This document shows positions 40,679 through 50,671 of a DNA stretch of 64,000 nt, in pieces. The position numbers and the translations under genes are program-made. The stretch is taken from the NCBI GenBank assembly GCA_965215335.1, contig CBDCDA010000001.1, positions 1,984,001 to 2,048,000 of the forward strand, written 5' to 3'. Below the pieces are notes generated by a model. The model was not told the DNA's origin. It saw nothing but the letters and a program-made list of their open reading frames with translations, and did not search any database. Each line of letters starts with the position of its first letter. Within the stretch, counting starts at the first letter, position 1. The stretch is from an uncultured Candidatus Entotheonella sp. GTDB taxonomy: Bacteria > Tectomicrobia > Entotheonellia > Entotheonellales > Entotheonellaceae.

Positions 40679-42001
40679 ATGCAGGACTACTTTCACGCCT
40701 TGGCAGACACCATCACCGCCCACCTGCGCGACCGGGAAGTGTACACCTGCACCTTTCGCGGCGAGGATTCCGACTTCGTGCGCTTCAACCGCAGCGCCGT
40801 GCGGCAGGCCGGCACCGTGCGTCAGCGCGCCCTGAGCCTCGACCTCATCGAGGGCCGGCGGCACGCCGCCGGCAGCGTGGCCCTGTCGGGCAACCTGCAA
40901 CAGGACGGCGACCGCCTCACCCGGTTGCTGGAAGGGCTACGCGAACAATTGCCGTTCCTCCCCGAAGACCCGCACCTGCTCTACGCCACCGAGGTGTGCT
41001 CCAGCGCCGCGACGGGCCGCAACGAGTTGCCGAAGCGCGCCGCGGCGCTGGACGCCGTTCTGCAGGCCGGGCGCGGGCGCGACCTCGTCGGCCTGTACGC
41101 CGCCGGGGGCATTTACGTCGGTTTTGCCAATGCTTTCGGACAGCGCAATTGGTTCACCAGCTACAACTTTAACTGCGATTGGAGTTTTTATCTCCAGGGC
41201 GACAAGGCCGTCAAAACCGCCTATGCCGGTTTGCGCTGGGAAGCCGATGCCTTCGAGCGCCAAGTGGACGAAGCCGCGGCGCAACTGGAAGCCCTGGGTC
41301 GGCCGCCGCGCACCATCCCACCGGGGAACTATCGGGCCTACCTGGCACCGGCCGCGGTCGCCGACATCCTCGACATGCTGGCCTGGGGCGGCTTCGGTCT
41401 CAAGGCGCAGCGCACCAAGCACACCCCCCTGCTGCAAATGACGGAATCGGAGCGGCGCCTGCACCCGGCGGTTACCCTGCGCGAGAACACCCGCGAGGGC
41501 GTGGCGCCGAATTTCGACGCCGCCGGTTTTATCAAGCCCGACCAGGTTACCCTGATCGACGCCGGCGACCTGGGCGACTTCCTGGTTTCACCGCGCTCGG
41601 CAAAGGAATACGGCGTCCCCACCAACGGCGCCGGCAGCGGCGAGGCGCCCGAATCCATGGACATGGCGGCGGGCCGGGTACCGATGCAGCAGGTCTTGGC
41701 GCAGCTCGACACCGGTGTCTACATCAACAACGTCTGGTACCTCAACTACTCTGACCGCGCCTCGGCCCGCGTTACCGGCATGACCCGCTTTGCCACCTTC
41801 TGGGTCGAAAAGGGGGCGATCCAGGCACCCTTGAACGTGATGCGCTTCGACGAGTCCGTCTACCGAATGTTCGGCGACGGCCTGTCAGGGCTGACGGACG
41901 AGCGGGCGTTCCTGCTGGACGGCAGCACCTATCGTCGGCGTTCAACGGGCAGTAGCCGGGTTCCCGGCGCCCTGCTGCGGGATTTCACCTTTACGTTGTG
42001 A
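40679..42001 (+). CDS. TldE/PmbA-like partner subunit
   Basis: RFNRSAVRQ, WYLNY, TGMTRFATFWVEKG, MRFDES; follows tldD, lacks HExxxH. Confidence 0.82.
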   Translation: MQDYFHALADTITAHLRDREVYTCTFRGEDSDFVRFNRSAVRQAGTVRQRALSLDLIEGRRHAAGSVALSGNLQQDGDRLTRLLEGLREQLPFLPEDPHLLYATEVCSSAATGRNELPKRAAALDAVLQAGRGRDLVGLYAAGGIYVGFANAFGQRNWFTSYNFNCDWSFYLQGDKAVKTAYAGLRWEADAFERQVDEAAAQLEALGRPPRTIPPGNYRAYLAPAAVADILDMLAWGGFGLKAQRTKHTPLLQMTESERRLHPAVTLRENTREGVAPNFDAAGFIKPDQVTLIDAGDLGDFLVSPRSAKEYGVPTNGAGSGEAPESMDMAAGRVPMQQVLAQLDTGVYINNVWYLNYSDRASARVTGMTRFATFWVEKGAIQAPLNVMRFDESVYRMFGDGLSGLTDERAFLLDGSTYRRRSTGSSRVPGALLRDFTFTL

Positions 42002-42033
42002 GCGGCGGTCTTCATGCCCACGAGGAGAAATCC

Positions 42034-42414
42034 GTGAGTCGATATTTGTTCTTGTTTGCCCTGGTAATCGTTTTCGGAGGCCAGGCCGTGGCAGAGACCG
42101 AAACGTTTGTCACCCAAGGTCAGTTTGAAGAGTTCGACAAGCGTATGGCTGAACGCTTCAGGCACGCCGCGGAATCACGAGCGCAGGGCTTTGCCGCGGT
42201 CAACCAGCGCATTGATGACCTGCGGTTGGAAATGCAGGCTCTGCGGCTGGAAATGCAGGCCGACATGCGCCAGACGCGCGGCTGGCTGATCGGCTTGCTG
42301 GCCCCGGTAGTCATTGCGGTTGTGGGCGCTATCGTGACGGTGGTGGTGAAGTGGGGCTTTTCCGCCCCCAGACCGCCCGGGGAACCGTCACTGAGCCATG
42401 CTTCGAGAACCTAA
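42034..42414 (+). CDS. Small exported coiled-coil protein with C-terminal TM anchor
   Basis: RBS GAGGAG + GTG; signal peptide ending AVA; NQRIDDLR(LEMQALR) heptads; TM WLIGLLAPVVIAVVGAIVTVVV. Confidence 0.7.
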   Translation: MSRYLFLFALVIVFGGQAVAETETFVTQGQFEEFDKRMAERFRHAAESRAQGFAAVNQRIDDLRLEMQALRLEMQADMRQTRGWLIGLLAPVVIAVVGAIVTVVVKWGFSAPRPPGEPSLSHASRT

Positions 42415-42480
42415 GCGCCGTTCAATACAACGTTGGAATGAATGACTGTTGGTTCTGACGCAAGAAGGTCGTCCAGCGGT

Positions 42481-43152
42481 ATGTCGCAAGTCAAGCAAGC
42501 ACGGGTATCGCGCAACCTTATCGGCCTCGGGCTGTTGTGCGCCGGCCTCATCTGGTGGCTCGGCGACCGCGTCTGGCGGGCGTCCGACGCCTTGGCCCTG
42601 GGTGCGCTGCTGGCCGTTCCGGGCGCTCTGCTGCACTGGCGCTGGCTGGCCCGACGCATCACGCGGCGCGACCGGCGTTACGAACGCAACAAAATCCCCG
42701 TCAGCTACCTCAACGCTGCCGAGGCCTTCGCCGCCGTGTTCCTGTACAACTACTATTTGGCCATCCCGGTCGTTTTCGGTGTCGTGGTCATCATCGTGAT
42801 AGCAAGCCTGTCGGCCCATTGGTGGACGGTGTTGGGCGCAAGCTGCGGGCTGGCGTGGGCGATGCTTCTGACCGGCCGCATCCTGGTCTACGAATGGCGG
42901 CACGGGGCGCTGTATTACCAGTACGACAGCAGCAACTGGTCCGGCGCCGAGGGAATGCTGTATCAGCGCGGCACCGTGGTGCAGCCGCTCGCCCCGGCGG
43001 GCAAGGTGAACATGCCGGGCGGCGTGTTGTGGAACGCGGTGTCGCAGAGTGGTGAAACGATTGGCAGCGGTGAACCGGTGGAGGTGATCGGGGTGCAACG
43101 CCTGACGCTGTACGTCGACCGGCTGCCCGACCCGAACGGTGCCGACGGGTAA
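42481..43152 (+). CDS. Membrane protein with C-terminal NfeD-like OB domain
   Basis: About 4 TM segments then GTVVQPLAPAGKV..G.LWNAVS..I..GE.VEVIGVQRLTLYV. Confidence 0.75.
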   Translation: MSQVKQARVSRNLIGLGLLCAGLIWWLGDRVWRASDALALGALLAVPGALLHWRWLARRITRRDRRYERNKIPVSYLNAAEAFAAVFLYNYYLAIPVVFGVVVIIVIASLSAHWWTVLGASCGLAWAMLLTGRILVYEWRHGALYYQYDSSNWSGAEGMLYQRGTVVQPLAPAGKVNMPGGVLWNAVSQSGETIGSGEPVEVIGVQRLTLYVDRLPDPNGADG

Positions 43153-43198
43153 GGAGAACATACCGGCAGGCCGTGCGGCTTGCGCAGGAGAATGCGTC

Positions 43199-44566
43199 AT
43201 GGACGCCGATGCGATAGGCGGCAAGCTCATCCCGATTGGGCTGGCCATGCTGTTGTACGGGGCATTTCACGGCATCGAGGCAGGTATTCTTGCGGCGCAG
43301 AAAAACCGTCTGCAGCAGATGAAGGAAGCCGGCATGCCGGGCGCGGCAACGGCGTTGCTGATTCGCCAAAGCCCGGAACGCCATCTCACCACCGCGCGCT
43401 TCTTCATGACTCTCATGGGCATCTTCGCCGCCGTGCTGTCCGGCTGGCTGGCGGTGCGTGACGTTTCGCCCTGGATGGGCGCCCACTGGCCATTCGTCGC
43501 TGGCGGTTCCTGGGCGCTCGCCTGTGCCCTTGGCCTGGTTACCGCGGCGCTGAGCTACGTCGCCCTGGTGGCGGGCCAGATCGTACCCAGGGCGCTTGCC
43601 CAGCAGCACCCGGAGTATGTCGTGCGGGTAACCGCGTGGCCGCTTCACGTCCTGACGCAAGGTTGCGGCGTGGCGCGTACCGTCGTGGCGTGGTCGTCGT
43701 CCGTCGTCCTCCGATTGTTGGGCCAGCGGGGAGTTTCAGAAGCCGCGCCGACGATACCCATGATGACCGAGGAAGACGTGACCAGCCTCGTGCGCGAGGG
43801 AGCCGAGCGGGGCATATTCGAGGAAGTCGAGCAGGAGCTCATCGAGGGCGTCTTTGAATTCACCGATACCGCGGCGCGCGAAGTCATGGTGCCGCGGGTG
43901 CGCATCCAGGCACTGGAGGTCACCACGCCGCCCGAGGAGGTCACCCGCAGGCTCGTGGATATCGGGCACACGCGGGTCCCGGTCTACCGCGGCGACCTCG
44001 ACCACATCCTCGGCGTGCTCTATTTCAAGGACGTTCTGCGCGTGGTCATCGAAAACCAGCCGTGGACCGTGCAAAGCCTGCTGCACCCGCCGCTGTACGT
44101 GCCGGAAACGGTGCAGATCAGCCGGGTGTTGCGCACCCTGCAGCAGCGTCATCTGAACATGGCCATTGTGGTGGACGAGCACGGCGGGGTGGCGGGATTG
44201 GTCACCATCGAAGACCTGTTGGAGCAGTTGGTAGGAGACCTGCCGGACGAAGCGCAACCGGAGGCCAATGCCGCGGTCGCGCGGTTGCCCGACGGCGCTC
44301 TGGTGGTGCAGGGCAATACGCCGCTGTGGGACCTGCGGGAGCACTACGATTTGCCGGTGGAAGAGGCGCCGGATTACCAGACTTTGGCGGGCATGTTGTT
44401 GACGCGACTGGGGCACATTCCGCAGGGGGGCGAGTCGATCACCGAGCATGGCTACACCTTCACCGTGGTCGATATGCACGGCCCCCGCATCGCGCGCATC
44501 AAAGTCGAAAGACGCACTTCGGGCGACGCCTCCCCGGCGCCCGCGCCGCAGAGCACGGAGCCGTAA
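43199..44566 (+). CDS. HlyC/CorC (CNNM-CBS-CorC) family transporter
   Basis: CNNM TM region, AREVMVPR, HTRVPVY, AIVVDEHGG.AGLVTIEDLLE, YQTLAG. Confidence 0.92.
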   Translation: MDADAIGGKLIPIGLAMLLYGAFHGIEAGILAAQKNRLQQMKEAGMPGAATALLIRQSPERHLTTARFFMTLMGIFAAVLSGWLAVRDVSPWMGAHWPFVAGGSWALACALGLVTAALSYVALVAGQIVPRALAQQHPEYVVRVTAWPLHVLTQGCGVARTVVAWSSSVVLRLLGQRGVSEAAPTIPMMTEEDVTSLVREGAERGIFEEVEQELIEGVFEFTDTAAREVMVPRVRIQALEVTTPPEEVTRRLVDIGHTRVPVYRGDLDHILGVLYFKDVLRVVIENQPWTVQSLLHPPLYVPETVQISRVLRTLQQRHLNMAIVVDEHGGVAGLVTIEDLLEQLVGDLPDEAQPEANAAVARLPDGALVVQGNTPLWDLREHYDLPVEEAPDYQTLAGMLLTRLGHIPQGGESITEHGYTFTVVDMHGPRIARIKVERRTSGDASPAPAPQSTEP

Positions 44567-44585
44567 GCCGGGGCGGGCGCAACCG

Positions 44586-45386
44586 TCAACGCCCGATGAA
44601 GCGCGGTGGGCGTTTCTCCCGAAACGCCGCCGCGCCTTCCGCGCGGTCCTGCGAGCGTCCGGCAATCGCCTGGTTGCGCGCCTCCAGGTTGAGCACGTCT
44701 TCCAGCGACATTTCCAGCCCCTGATACACCGCGGATTTGGCCATGCCGTAGGCCAGTGTCGGCCCCTGCGCCAGGCGCTCGGCCAGCCTGTCGGTTTCCG
44801 CTTGGAGTTCGTACGCCGGCTTGACCCAATTGACCAAGCCGATGCGCAGCGCCTCGTCGGCGTCAATGACGTCGGCCAGCATGACAAGTTCCATGGCCTT
44901 GGCGATGCCGACCAGGCGGGGCAGGAAATAGCTGCCGCCGCCGTCGGGAACCAGCCCTCTGAGGCTGAACACCTCGCCAAACCGGGCGCTGTCCGCGGCG
45001 ATGCGCAGGTCGGCGGCCAGGGCCAGGTTGCAACCGGCGCCGACCGCAACGCCGTTGACGCTGGCGACCACCGGCTTGGGCATCCGCTGCAGTCGCAGGA
45101 TGCAGCGGTGCAGCCGCTCTACCACCCCGCCCCCGAGGTCGCCGTCGAAAAACTTGCGCTCGGCGTCCTGGCCGCGGTCGCGTTTCTGATCGCCACCGGA
45201 CGAAAAGGCCCGCCCCGTCCCCGTCAGTACCACCGCCCGTACCGTGGCGTCGGCCGCGATGTCCGGCAACAAGCGCTCGAATTCCGCCATCATCGCCTCG
45301 TTCATGGCGTTAAGCGTTTCGGGGCGATTCAGCCGCAGGGTCGCGACGCCGTCGCGCCGTTCGTAGACCACCGGACCCTCTGTCAT
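44586..45386 (-). CDS. Enoyl-CoA hydratase/isomerase (PaaG-like)
   Basis: LNRPETLNA, AFSSGGD, VNGVAVGAG, GLVPDGG, AFREKRPP. Confidence 0.9.
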   Translation of the reverse strand: MTEGPVVYERRDGVATLRLNRPETLNAMNEAMMAEFERLLPDIAADATVRAVVLTGTGRAFSSGGDQKRDRGQDAERKFFDGDLGGGVVERLHRCILRLQRMPKPVVASVNGVAVGAGCNLALAADLRIAADSARFGEVFSLRGLVPDGGGSYFLPRLVGIAKAMELVMLADVIDADEALRIGLVNWVKPAYELQAETDRLAERLAQGPTLAYGMAKSAVYQGLEMSLEDVLNLEARNQAIAGRSQDRAEGAAAFREKRPPRFIGR

Positions 45387-45412
45387 CTCGACTCCTTCCC
45401 CGGCTTCTATCG

Positions 45413-46576
45413 TTACGCGGTCGCCGGGCTTTCCAGGGTGTGCAAAAGGGTGAAAAACAGTTGCTTCACGCCGCCCGGGATCGGGCCGCATTCGATGTAT
45501 TCCTTGACGGTGTGCGCCAGGCCGCCGCGCGTAATGCCCAGGCACACCGAGGGAATTCCCAGGCTGAGCGGCAAATTGGCATCGGTGCTGGAGGCGCTGA
45601 AGACCGCCGGCCGCATGCGCAGGCGTCTGCGGATTCCCACGATGCCCTTGCACAGCGGGTGTGACACCGGCAGCGCCGCTGCCGGGCGCCGGCCGACAAC
45701 GGCGCTCTCCATGCTCACCCCGGTGTGACGCTCGACGTCTTTCAGCAGATGGGCCACGCGAGCTTCCAACTGCGCCAGGTGGCGCGCCGACACCGAACGC
45801 AGGTCCACCAGCATGGTAGCGCGCGGCGCGATGGTATTGACGCTGGCGCCGCCCTCGACGATCCCAACGTTGAACGTGGTTCTGGGATTGGCGGACACCC
45901 TGAACCGCGACAGCTTGTGAATGACCGTGCCCATGGCGTGAATGGCGCTAGGGGTGCCGAAGGCACCCCAACTGTGGCCGCCGGGACCGCTGAAGGTCAC
46001 CTTCAGCCGGGTACTGCCGATGCCCGCGTGGCGGATTTCGTCAACGCCGTGTCCCTCGACCGCGATGACCGTATCCACATCGTGCCCCCAGGTTTCCATC
46101 AGCCCCCGAATGCCGCGCAGGTTACCCAATCCTTCTTCGCCGACGCTGGCGGCGAAGATGACGCGCCCCGTTGCCTCGGGTCGAAAAGTCTGCATGGCCG
46201 CCGCCACGTTGAGCATCGCCGTCACCGCCAGAGAGTTATCGCCGATGCCGGGACCGTAGAGGCGTTGCTTGGTACGCCGCACGTGCAGAGGGGTGGCGCG
46301 CGGAAACACGGTGTCGAGGTGGGCCACCACCAGCGTCGTCGGTCCCGTGTCGCCATAGTTCAGCACACCGCTGACGTTGTGAATGGCGTCGACCTGCACG
46401 TCGCTCAATGCGATGGTGCGCATGCGCTCGGCCACGTAGACGGCGCGTTCGGCCTCATCGAACGTCGGCGCCGGGATGTGGCACAGACGCAACGTTTCCT
46501 CCAACAACTGCTCGTGGGTATCCGCAAACCAGGACATGCAATCAGCGACCGACGACGACGGAACTTCTGTCACCAT
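45413..46576 (-). CDS. M20/M25/M40 family metallo-hydrolase
   Basis: AHLDTVFP, GPGIGDN, GEEGLGNL, GGHSWG, STDAN, AHT..E. Confidence 0.88.
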   Translation of the reverse strand: MVTEVPSSSVADCMSWFADTHEQLLEETLRLCHIPAPTFDEAERAVYVAERMRTIALSDVQVDAIHNVSGVLNYGDTGPTTLVVAHLDTVFPRATPLHVRRTKQRLYGPGIGDNSLAVTAMLNVAAAMQTFRPEATGRVIFAASVGEEGLGNLRGIRGLMETWGHDVDTVIAVEGHGVDEIRHAGIGSTRLKVTFSGPGGHSWGAFGTPSAIHAMGTVIHKLSRFRVSANPRTTFNVGIVEGGASVNTIAPRATMLVDLRSVSARHLAQLEARVAHLLKDVERHTGVSMESAVVGRRPAAALPVSHPLCKGIVGIRRRLRMRPAVFSASSTDANLPLSLGIPSVCLGITRGGLAHTVKEYIECGPIPGGVKQLFFTLLHTLESPATA

Positions 46577-46642
46577 GCCTTTCTCCCAATGGCCGACGTT
46601 CTGGACCGCCGGCTATCTCACGACCCCGCTCGCCCTTTGACG

Positions 46643-47074
46643 TTATGGCAGCAGGATAAACCCCATGACGGCTACCCCGAGCGAGACGAACAGCCCCAGG
46701 TACGCCAGAAAGCCATGCACGTCCCGCACGTCCGCGTAATGCCGCGTGCCACGCCGCAGCCGCCAGCCCATGTAACCGCCGCCCAGAAACAGCAATAACG
46801 CCAGCGTGCCAAAGAAAAAATGCGCCGACCGAAACGGCGCCTGCGCGCGAAACAGCCACATGCTGACCAGCCCGAACACGTAGCCGGCTACCAGACAGCC
46901 AAGGAACAGCCATCCCAGTTGCGTATGCCGCCACATCACACCTTGCGGCTGCTCCAGGCGCCGAGGACCGAGGCGATCTTTCTTCAAGGCCAGACCCAGA
47001 CGCAACGTCGCCACGGCGATGACCAGCACGAGCACTTGCATGACAGGGTGAAGGTACGCGAGCAGATCGTTCAT
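46643..47074 (-). CDS. DUF4079-like 4-TM membrane protein
   Basis: YLHP start, RH..LG, SAHFFFG, VHGFL: His-bearing TM helices. Confidence 0.65.
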   Translation of the reverse strand: MNDLLAYLHPVMQVLVLVIAVATLRLGLALKKDRLGPRRLEQPQGVMWRHTQLGWLFLGCLVAGYVFGLVSMWLFRAQAPFRSAHFFFGTLALLLFLGGGYMGWRLRRGTRHYADVRDVHGFLAYLGLFVSLGVAVMGFILLP

Positions 47075-47250
47075 GTGCCCCTATGCCAAGGTGGGAATCC
47101 AGCTCCACGAAGTGGCTCGGCTTTTGCGGTGGGCTACTATACTATCTGGTTTATGCCCCTGTCACCTGCCCCCGAATCTCGGGGCGACGGACGGGCGATA
47201 CGTAGCGGCAACGGCACGACAGGCGTTCCAGCAAGGGAAGGAGAATCCAG

Positions 47251-48204
47251 GTGCATTATCGGCGGTTGGGACGGACGGAATTGCAGGTGTCGGAGGTGGG
47301 GTTTGGCGCCTGGGGCATCGGTGGCAACGCCCACGGCCACAGCTACGGCCCGACTGACAACTCGGAGTCGCTGCGCGCCGTGGCCCGCGCCTTCGATCTG
47401 GGCTGCACGTTTTTCGACACCGCTGACGTGTACGGCCACGGCCTCAGCGAAACGCTGCTTGGCCAGGCCCTGGCCAAGCAGCGTTCGGCCTGCGTCATTG
47501 CCACCAAGGTGGGATGCGATTTCTACCACGGACCGTTCCGCAAGAACTTCGACCCCGACTACGTCCGCTCGGCGCTGGACAAGAGCCTGCAACGCCTGCG
47601 CACGGACTACATCGACCTGTACCAACTGCACAACCCGCCACTGATGATGCTGGAGCGCGGTGAGCACTACGAGGTGATGGACGACCTGAAACAGCAGGGC
47701 AAGATTCGCTATTACGGCGTCTCGGTGCACGACGCCTACGAGGGCAGCATGGCCATCCACACGGGCAAGCCGGACGCCCTGCAGGTGGAGTACAACCTGC
47801 TGCGGCAGGACCCGCGCGAGGAGCTTTTCCCGGAGGCGCGGGACCATGATGTCGGCCTGATCATCCGCTCGCCCCTGTGCAGCGGCATACTGAGCGGCAA
47901 CTACACGGCGGACACCACGTTCGACCCCAGCGACGTGCGCGCTTCCTGGCCGCCGGGCTACCTCGCCCTGCAAGCGGGCGTGGCCAATGGTGCCCGCTTT
48001 CTGGCCACGGAGCAGCGCTCGCTGGCGCAGGCGGCGCTGCGGTTCGTCCTGGATGCGCCGGAGGTTTCCGTGGTCATTCCCGGGATTAAAACGGTTGCGC
48101 AGGTGGAGGAAAACCTGGCCGTCAGCGACCTGCCGGAACTCACGGCTGATGAGCGGGAGGGGATTCGCCAAGGGTTGGAAGAAATTGGCGAGGATTTTCC
48201 GTAA
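47251..48204 (+). CDS. Aldo/keto reductase
   Basis: LGRTELQVSEVGFG, FDTADVYG, IATK, SLQRLRTDYIDLYQLH; GTG start with RBS GGAG. Confidence 0.93.
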   Translation: MHYRRLGRTELQVSEVGFGAWGIGGNAHGHSYGPTDNSESLRAVARAFDLGCTFFDTADVYGHGLSETLLGQALAKQRSACVIATKVGCDFYHGPFRKNFDPDYVRSALDKSLQRLRTDYIDLYQLHNPPLMMLERGEHYEVMDDLKQQGKIRYYGVSVHDAYEGSMAIHTGKPDALQVEYNLLRQDPREELFPEARDHDVGLIIRSPLCSGILSGNYTADTTFDPSDVRASWPPGYLALQAGVANGARFLATEQRSLAQAALRFVLDAPEVSVVIPGIKTVAQVEENLAVSDLPELTADEREGIRQGLEEIGEDFP

Positions 48205-48379
48205 TCGACTTGACGGTGGATTCTGCCTTTGTGATACGCCCAACGATGTCATAATATAGGGCCAGGGTGACACTGAATACAGCCTTGGCGGAAGGGGCCG
48301 GTTCCAGGCTTGATTTTGTCCATCCCACGCCGCACCTGCCGATTTGCCGATTGTGCCCCCAGATCAGGAGCCCGTGCCT

Positions 48380-49030
48380 ATGTTGAGATTCTCGGAGGAG
48401 ATGCTGCTGCTTCTGCTTGATGACAAGGGTAGGGAGTTCGCCGACATACCCATGCTGTCGTTCAAGTTCGCGCTCGCTGGCGCAGTTCTGATGGATTTGG
48501 CGATAGAGGGCCGAATCGATACCGATGAGGACCGGCTCTTCGTTACCGACCCGACACCGCTTGGCGATGATTTGCTGGATCCGACGCTTGCCCGCATCGT
48601 GGAATCGACGGAGACGTACGACACCCGCCACTGGGTCGAGCAGATAAGCGCCTCTGCGGTCGAGATTCGCGAACGCTCCCTCGCACGCCTCGTCGAGCGC
48701 GGGGTTTTGCGCCGAGAGGATGACCATTTCTTATGGGTGTTTCAGACACGCCGCTATCCGGTTATCAATAACCAGACCATACGGGAGGTAAAGCTGCGGA
48801 TCATGGAGGTCCTGTTCAGCGACGAGATCCCGGATGTGCGCGACATCATCATCATCTCCCTTGCCGACGTGTGCGACATCTTCAGAACCCTGCTTTCCCG
48901 GCACGAGTTGCAGGGTGCCACCCCACGTATTGAGCAGGTTCGCAAGATGGACCTGATCGGCCGCGAGGTCTCGAAAGCGGTGCGGGACATCGAATCATCC
49001 CTCGCCGTCGCCATGTGGCCCATGCACTGA
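48380..49030 (+). CDS. GPP34/GOLPH3/VPS74 family protein
   Basis: EEMLLLLLDD, ALAGAVLMDLAIEGRI, LARLVERGVL, FLWVF.TRRYP. Confidence 0.8.
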   Translation: MLRFSEEMLLLLLDDKGREFADIPMLSFKFALAGAVLMDLAIEGRIDTDEDRLFVTDPTPLGDDLLDPTLARIVESTETYDTRHWVEQISASAVEIRERSLARLVERGVLRREDDHFLWVFQTRRYPVINNQTIREVKLRIMEVLFSDEIPDVRDIIIISLADVCDIFRTLLSRHELQGATPRIEQVRKMDLIGREVSKAVRDIESSLAVAMWPMH

Positions 49031-49130
49031 TGGCGGCGCGGTCCTCCGTTCAGCCCCGAACTTCTGGGCCACAGCTCGTCGCTGTCGCTGTCGTGCGTAC
49101 GATTCAAGGGCGTTCATTTGGGAGTCAAGA

Positions 49131-50000
49131 ATGCAGGCGTACTTGCCGGAGGTGCGGCGTATTGCTGGGGAAGCAGCCGAGACCGTCCTGGAGGTTTATC
49201 AGTCGGCGGCGTTTCGGGTGGCCGTCAAGGAGGATTTCTCACCGCTGACGCAGGCGGATCTGGCGTCGCACCGGCATATTGTGGCCGGGCTGGAGTGTCT
49301 GGCGCCGGAGTTGCCGGTACTGTCGGAGGAATCGCAGGGCATTACGTACGACGAACGCCGCCACTGGGACACGTTCTGGCTGGTCGACCCGCTGGACGGG
49401 ACGAAGGAGTTTCTGCGCCGCAACGGCGAATTCACCATCAACATCGCCTTGATTCGCGGGCACCGGCCGGTCCTGGGGGTGGTGCACCTGCCGGTGTCGG
49501 GTCAGACATACTGGGCGGTCGAAGGGAGGGGCGCGTTCAGGTCGGCCGACGGCGACACCGCCCGGCTGCAGGCCGCGCAAACCGTCGCTCAGCCCGTGAA
49601 GGTAGTGGCCAGCCGTTCACATTCGTCGACGCCGACCATGGTGTTTCTGGACAGGATGGCGCGCGAGCACGACCTGACGGTGGTATCCAGGGGTAGCGCG
49701 CTGAAACTCTGCATGGTCGCGGAAGGCGAGGCCGACCTCTATCCCCGGCTAGCCCCGACCATGGAATGGGACACCGCGGCGGCACAGTGCGTCGTCGAAC
49801 AGGCCGGTGGCCGCGTTACCACACTGGGCAACGAGCCCCTGCGCTACAACAAGAAAGACCTGCTCAACCCGTTCTTCATGGTCGCCGGCCCCGCCACTGC
49901 GCCGCTGTGGCCGGCGTATGTGTCCGGACTTGACGCTGCGCCCAGGCGGCCAACTGACCGGCATAGGCACTGTCAGCCCAGATCAGAGCCAAACGGCTGA
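49131..50000 (+). CDS. cysQ: 3'(2'),5'-bisphosphate nucleotidase
   Basis: SPLTQAD, PVLSEE, WLVDPLDGTKEF, VASRSH, GSALK, PTMEWDTAAA, NPFF; tail runs into antisense IS relic. Confidence 0.92.
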   Translation: MQAYLPEVRRIAGEAAETVLEVYQSAAFRVAVKEDFSPLTQADLASHRHIVAGLECLAPELPVLSEESQGITYDERRHWDTFWLVDPLDGTKEFLRRNGEFTINIALIRGHRPVLGVVHLPVSGQTYWAVEGRGAFRSADGDTARLQAAQTVAQPVKVVASRSHSSTPTMVFLDRMAREHDLTVVSRGSALKLCMVAEGEADLYPRLAPTMEWDTAAAQCVVEQAGGRVTTLGNEPLRYNKKDLLNPFFMVAGPATAPLWPAYVSGLDAAPRRPTDRHRHCQPRSEPNG

Positions 50001-50165
50001 AGCGGCCTTCGAGGGCGGCCGCTTCAGCTTGGCGCCATCCCGATCTCGCATGCTGGCGCGGTGAACGATGACCAAGAGCAGGAGCCCCATCGTGTCAACG
50101 ACAAGATGACGTTTTCGCCCATTGACCTTAATGCCTGAGCGGGCATCCCGACGTATGCGCCACCG
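49925..50165 (-). mobile_element. IS5-family transposase fragment (pseudogene)
   Basis: KVNGRKRHLVVDTMGLLLLVIVHRASMRDRDGA, then frameshifted LIWADSAYAGQL. Confidence 0.85.
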
Positions 50166-50249
50166 GCTACGTGAGCCGCTCATCCGACACGACGCCGCGC
50201 CTCAGACTCAACGGCGAGCGGCTGATTCCCTTCGCCGACGTCGGTTTGT

Positions 50250-50671
50250 CGATCATCCAGGGCGCGCGCACAACCTCGGCGCCACCGACGTCATCGATTC
50301 CAGCAAGGGAGACTTCCAGCAAGTGAGACACTGTCGCCCAGCTACGCGAACTCACGGGCGGTCGGGCTGCCCATCCTGGTCCGCCAGGCGGTTGAATCCC
50401 TCGCCATCCGCGACGGCGACCATCGTCGGGGTGCCACCCGACGGCTCCGAGCTGTCGTTCCCCTTCAGCGCCATCCGGCCCGAGTGCAAGGTGCAGACCT
50501 CGCGCATGGGCTCCAACCAGTTCCACCTGGAATTCTACCGCCAAGGGCGCCTCAACCTCGACGACATGGTGAGCAGACGGGGCCGCCTGGAAGACATCAA
50601 CGAAAGCCTTCCGGGCCATGAAGGCGGGCGAGGTGGCGCGCACCGTTTTGACCTTCGACGGCGTGTGTTGA
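50250..50671 (+). pseudogene. C-terminal fragment of Zn-dependent alcohol dehydrogenase
   Basis: LGATDVID, TATIVGVP, MGSNQF, YRQGRLNLDDMVS..LEDINE, frameshifted AFRAMKAGEVARTVLTF. Confidence 0.8.

Noticed and set aside
39240..42414. tldDE plus small ORF as a RiPP maturation cluster
   Set aside because: The small ORF is a signal-peptide/coiled-coil/TM protein, not a precursor peptide, and no modifying enzymes are adjacent
42425..42470. RNase P RNA-like word ATGAATGACTGT
   Set aside because: No GAGGAAAGTCC or AGAACCCGGCTTA elements, and insufficient space
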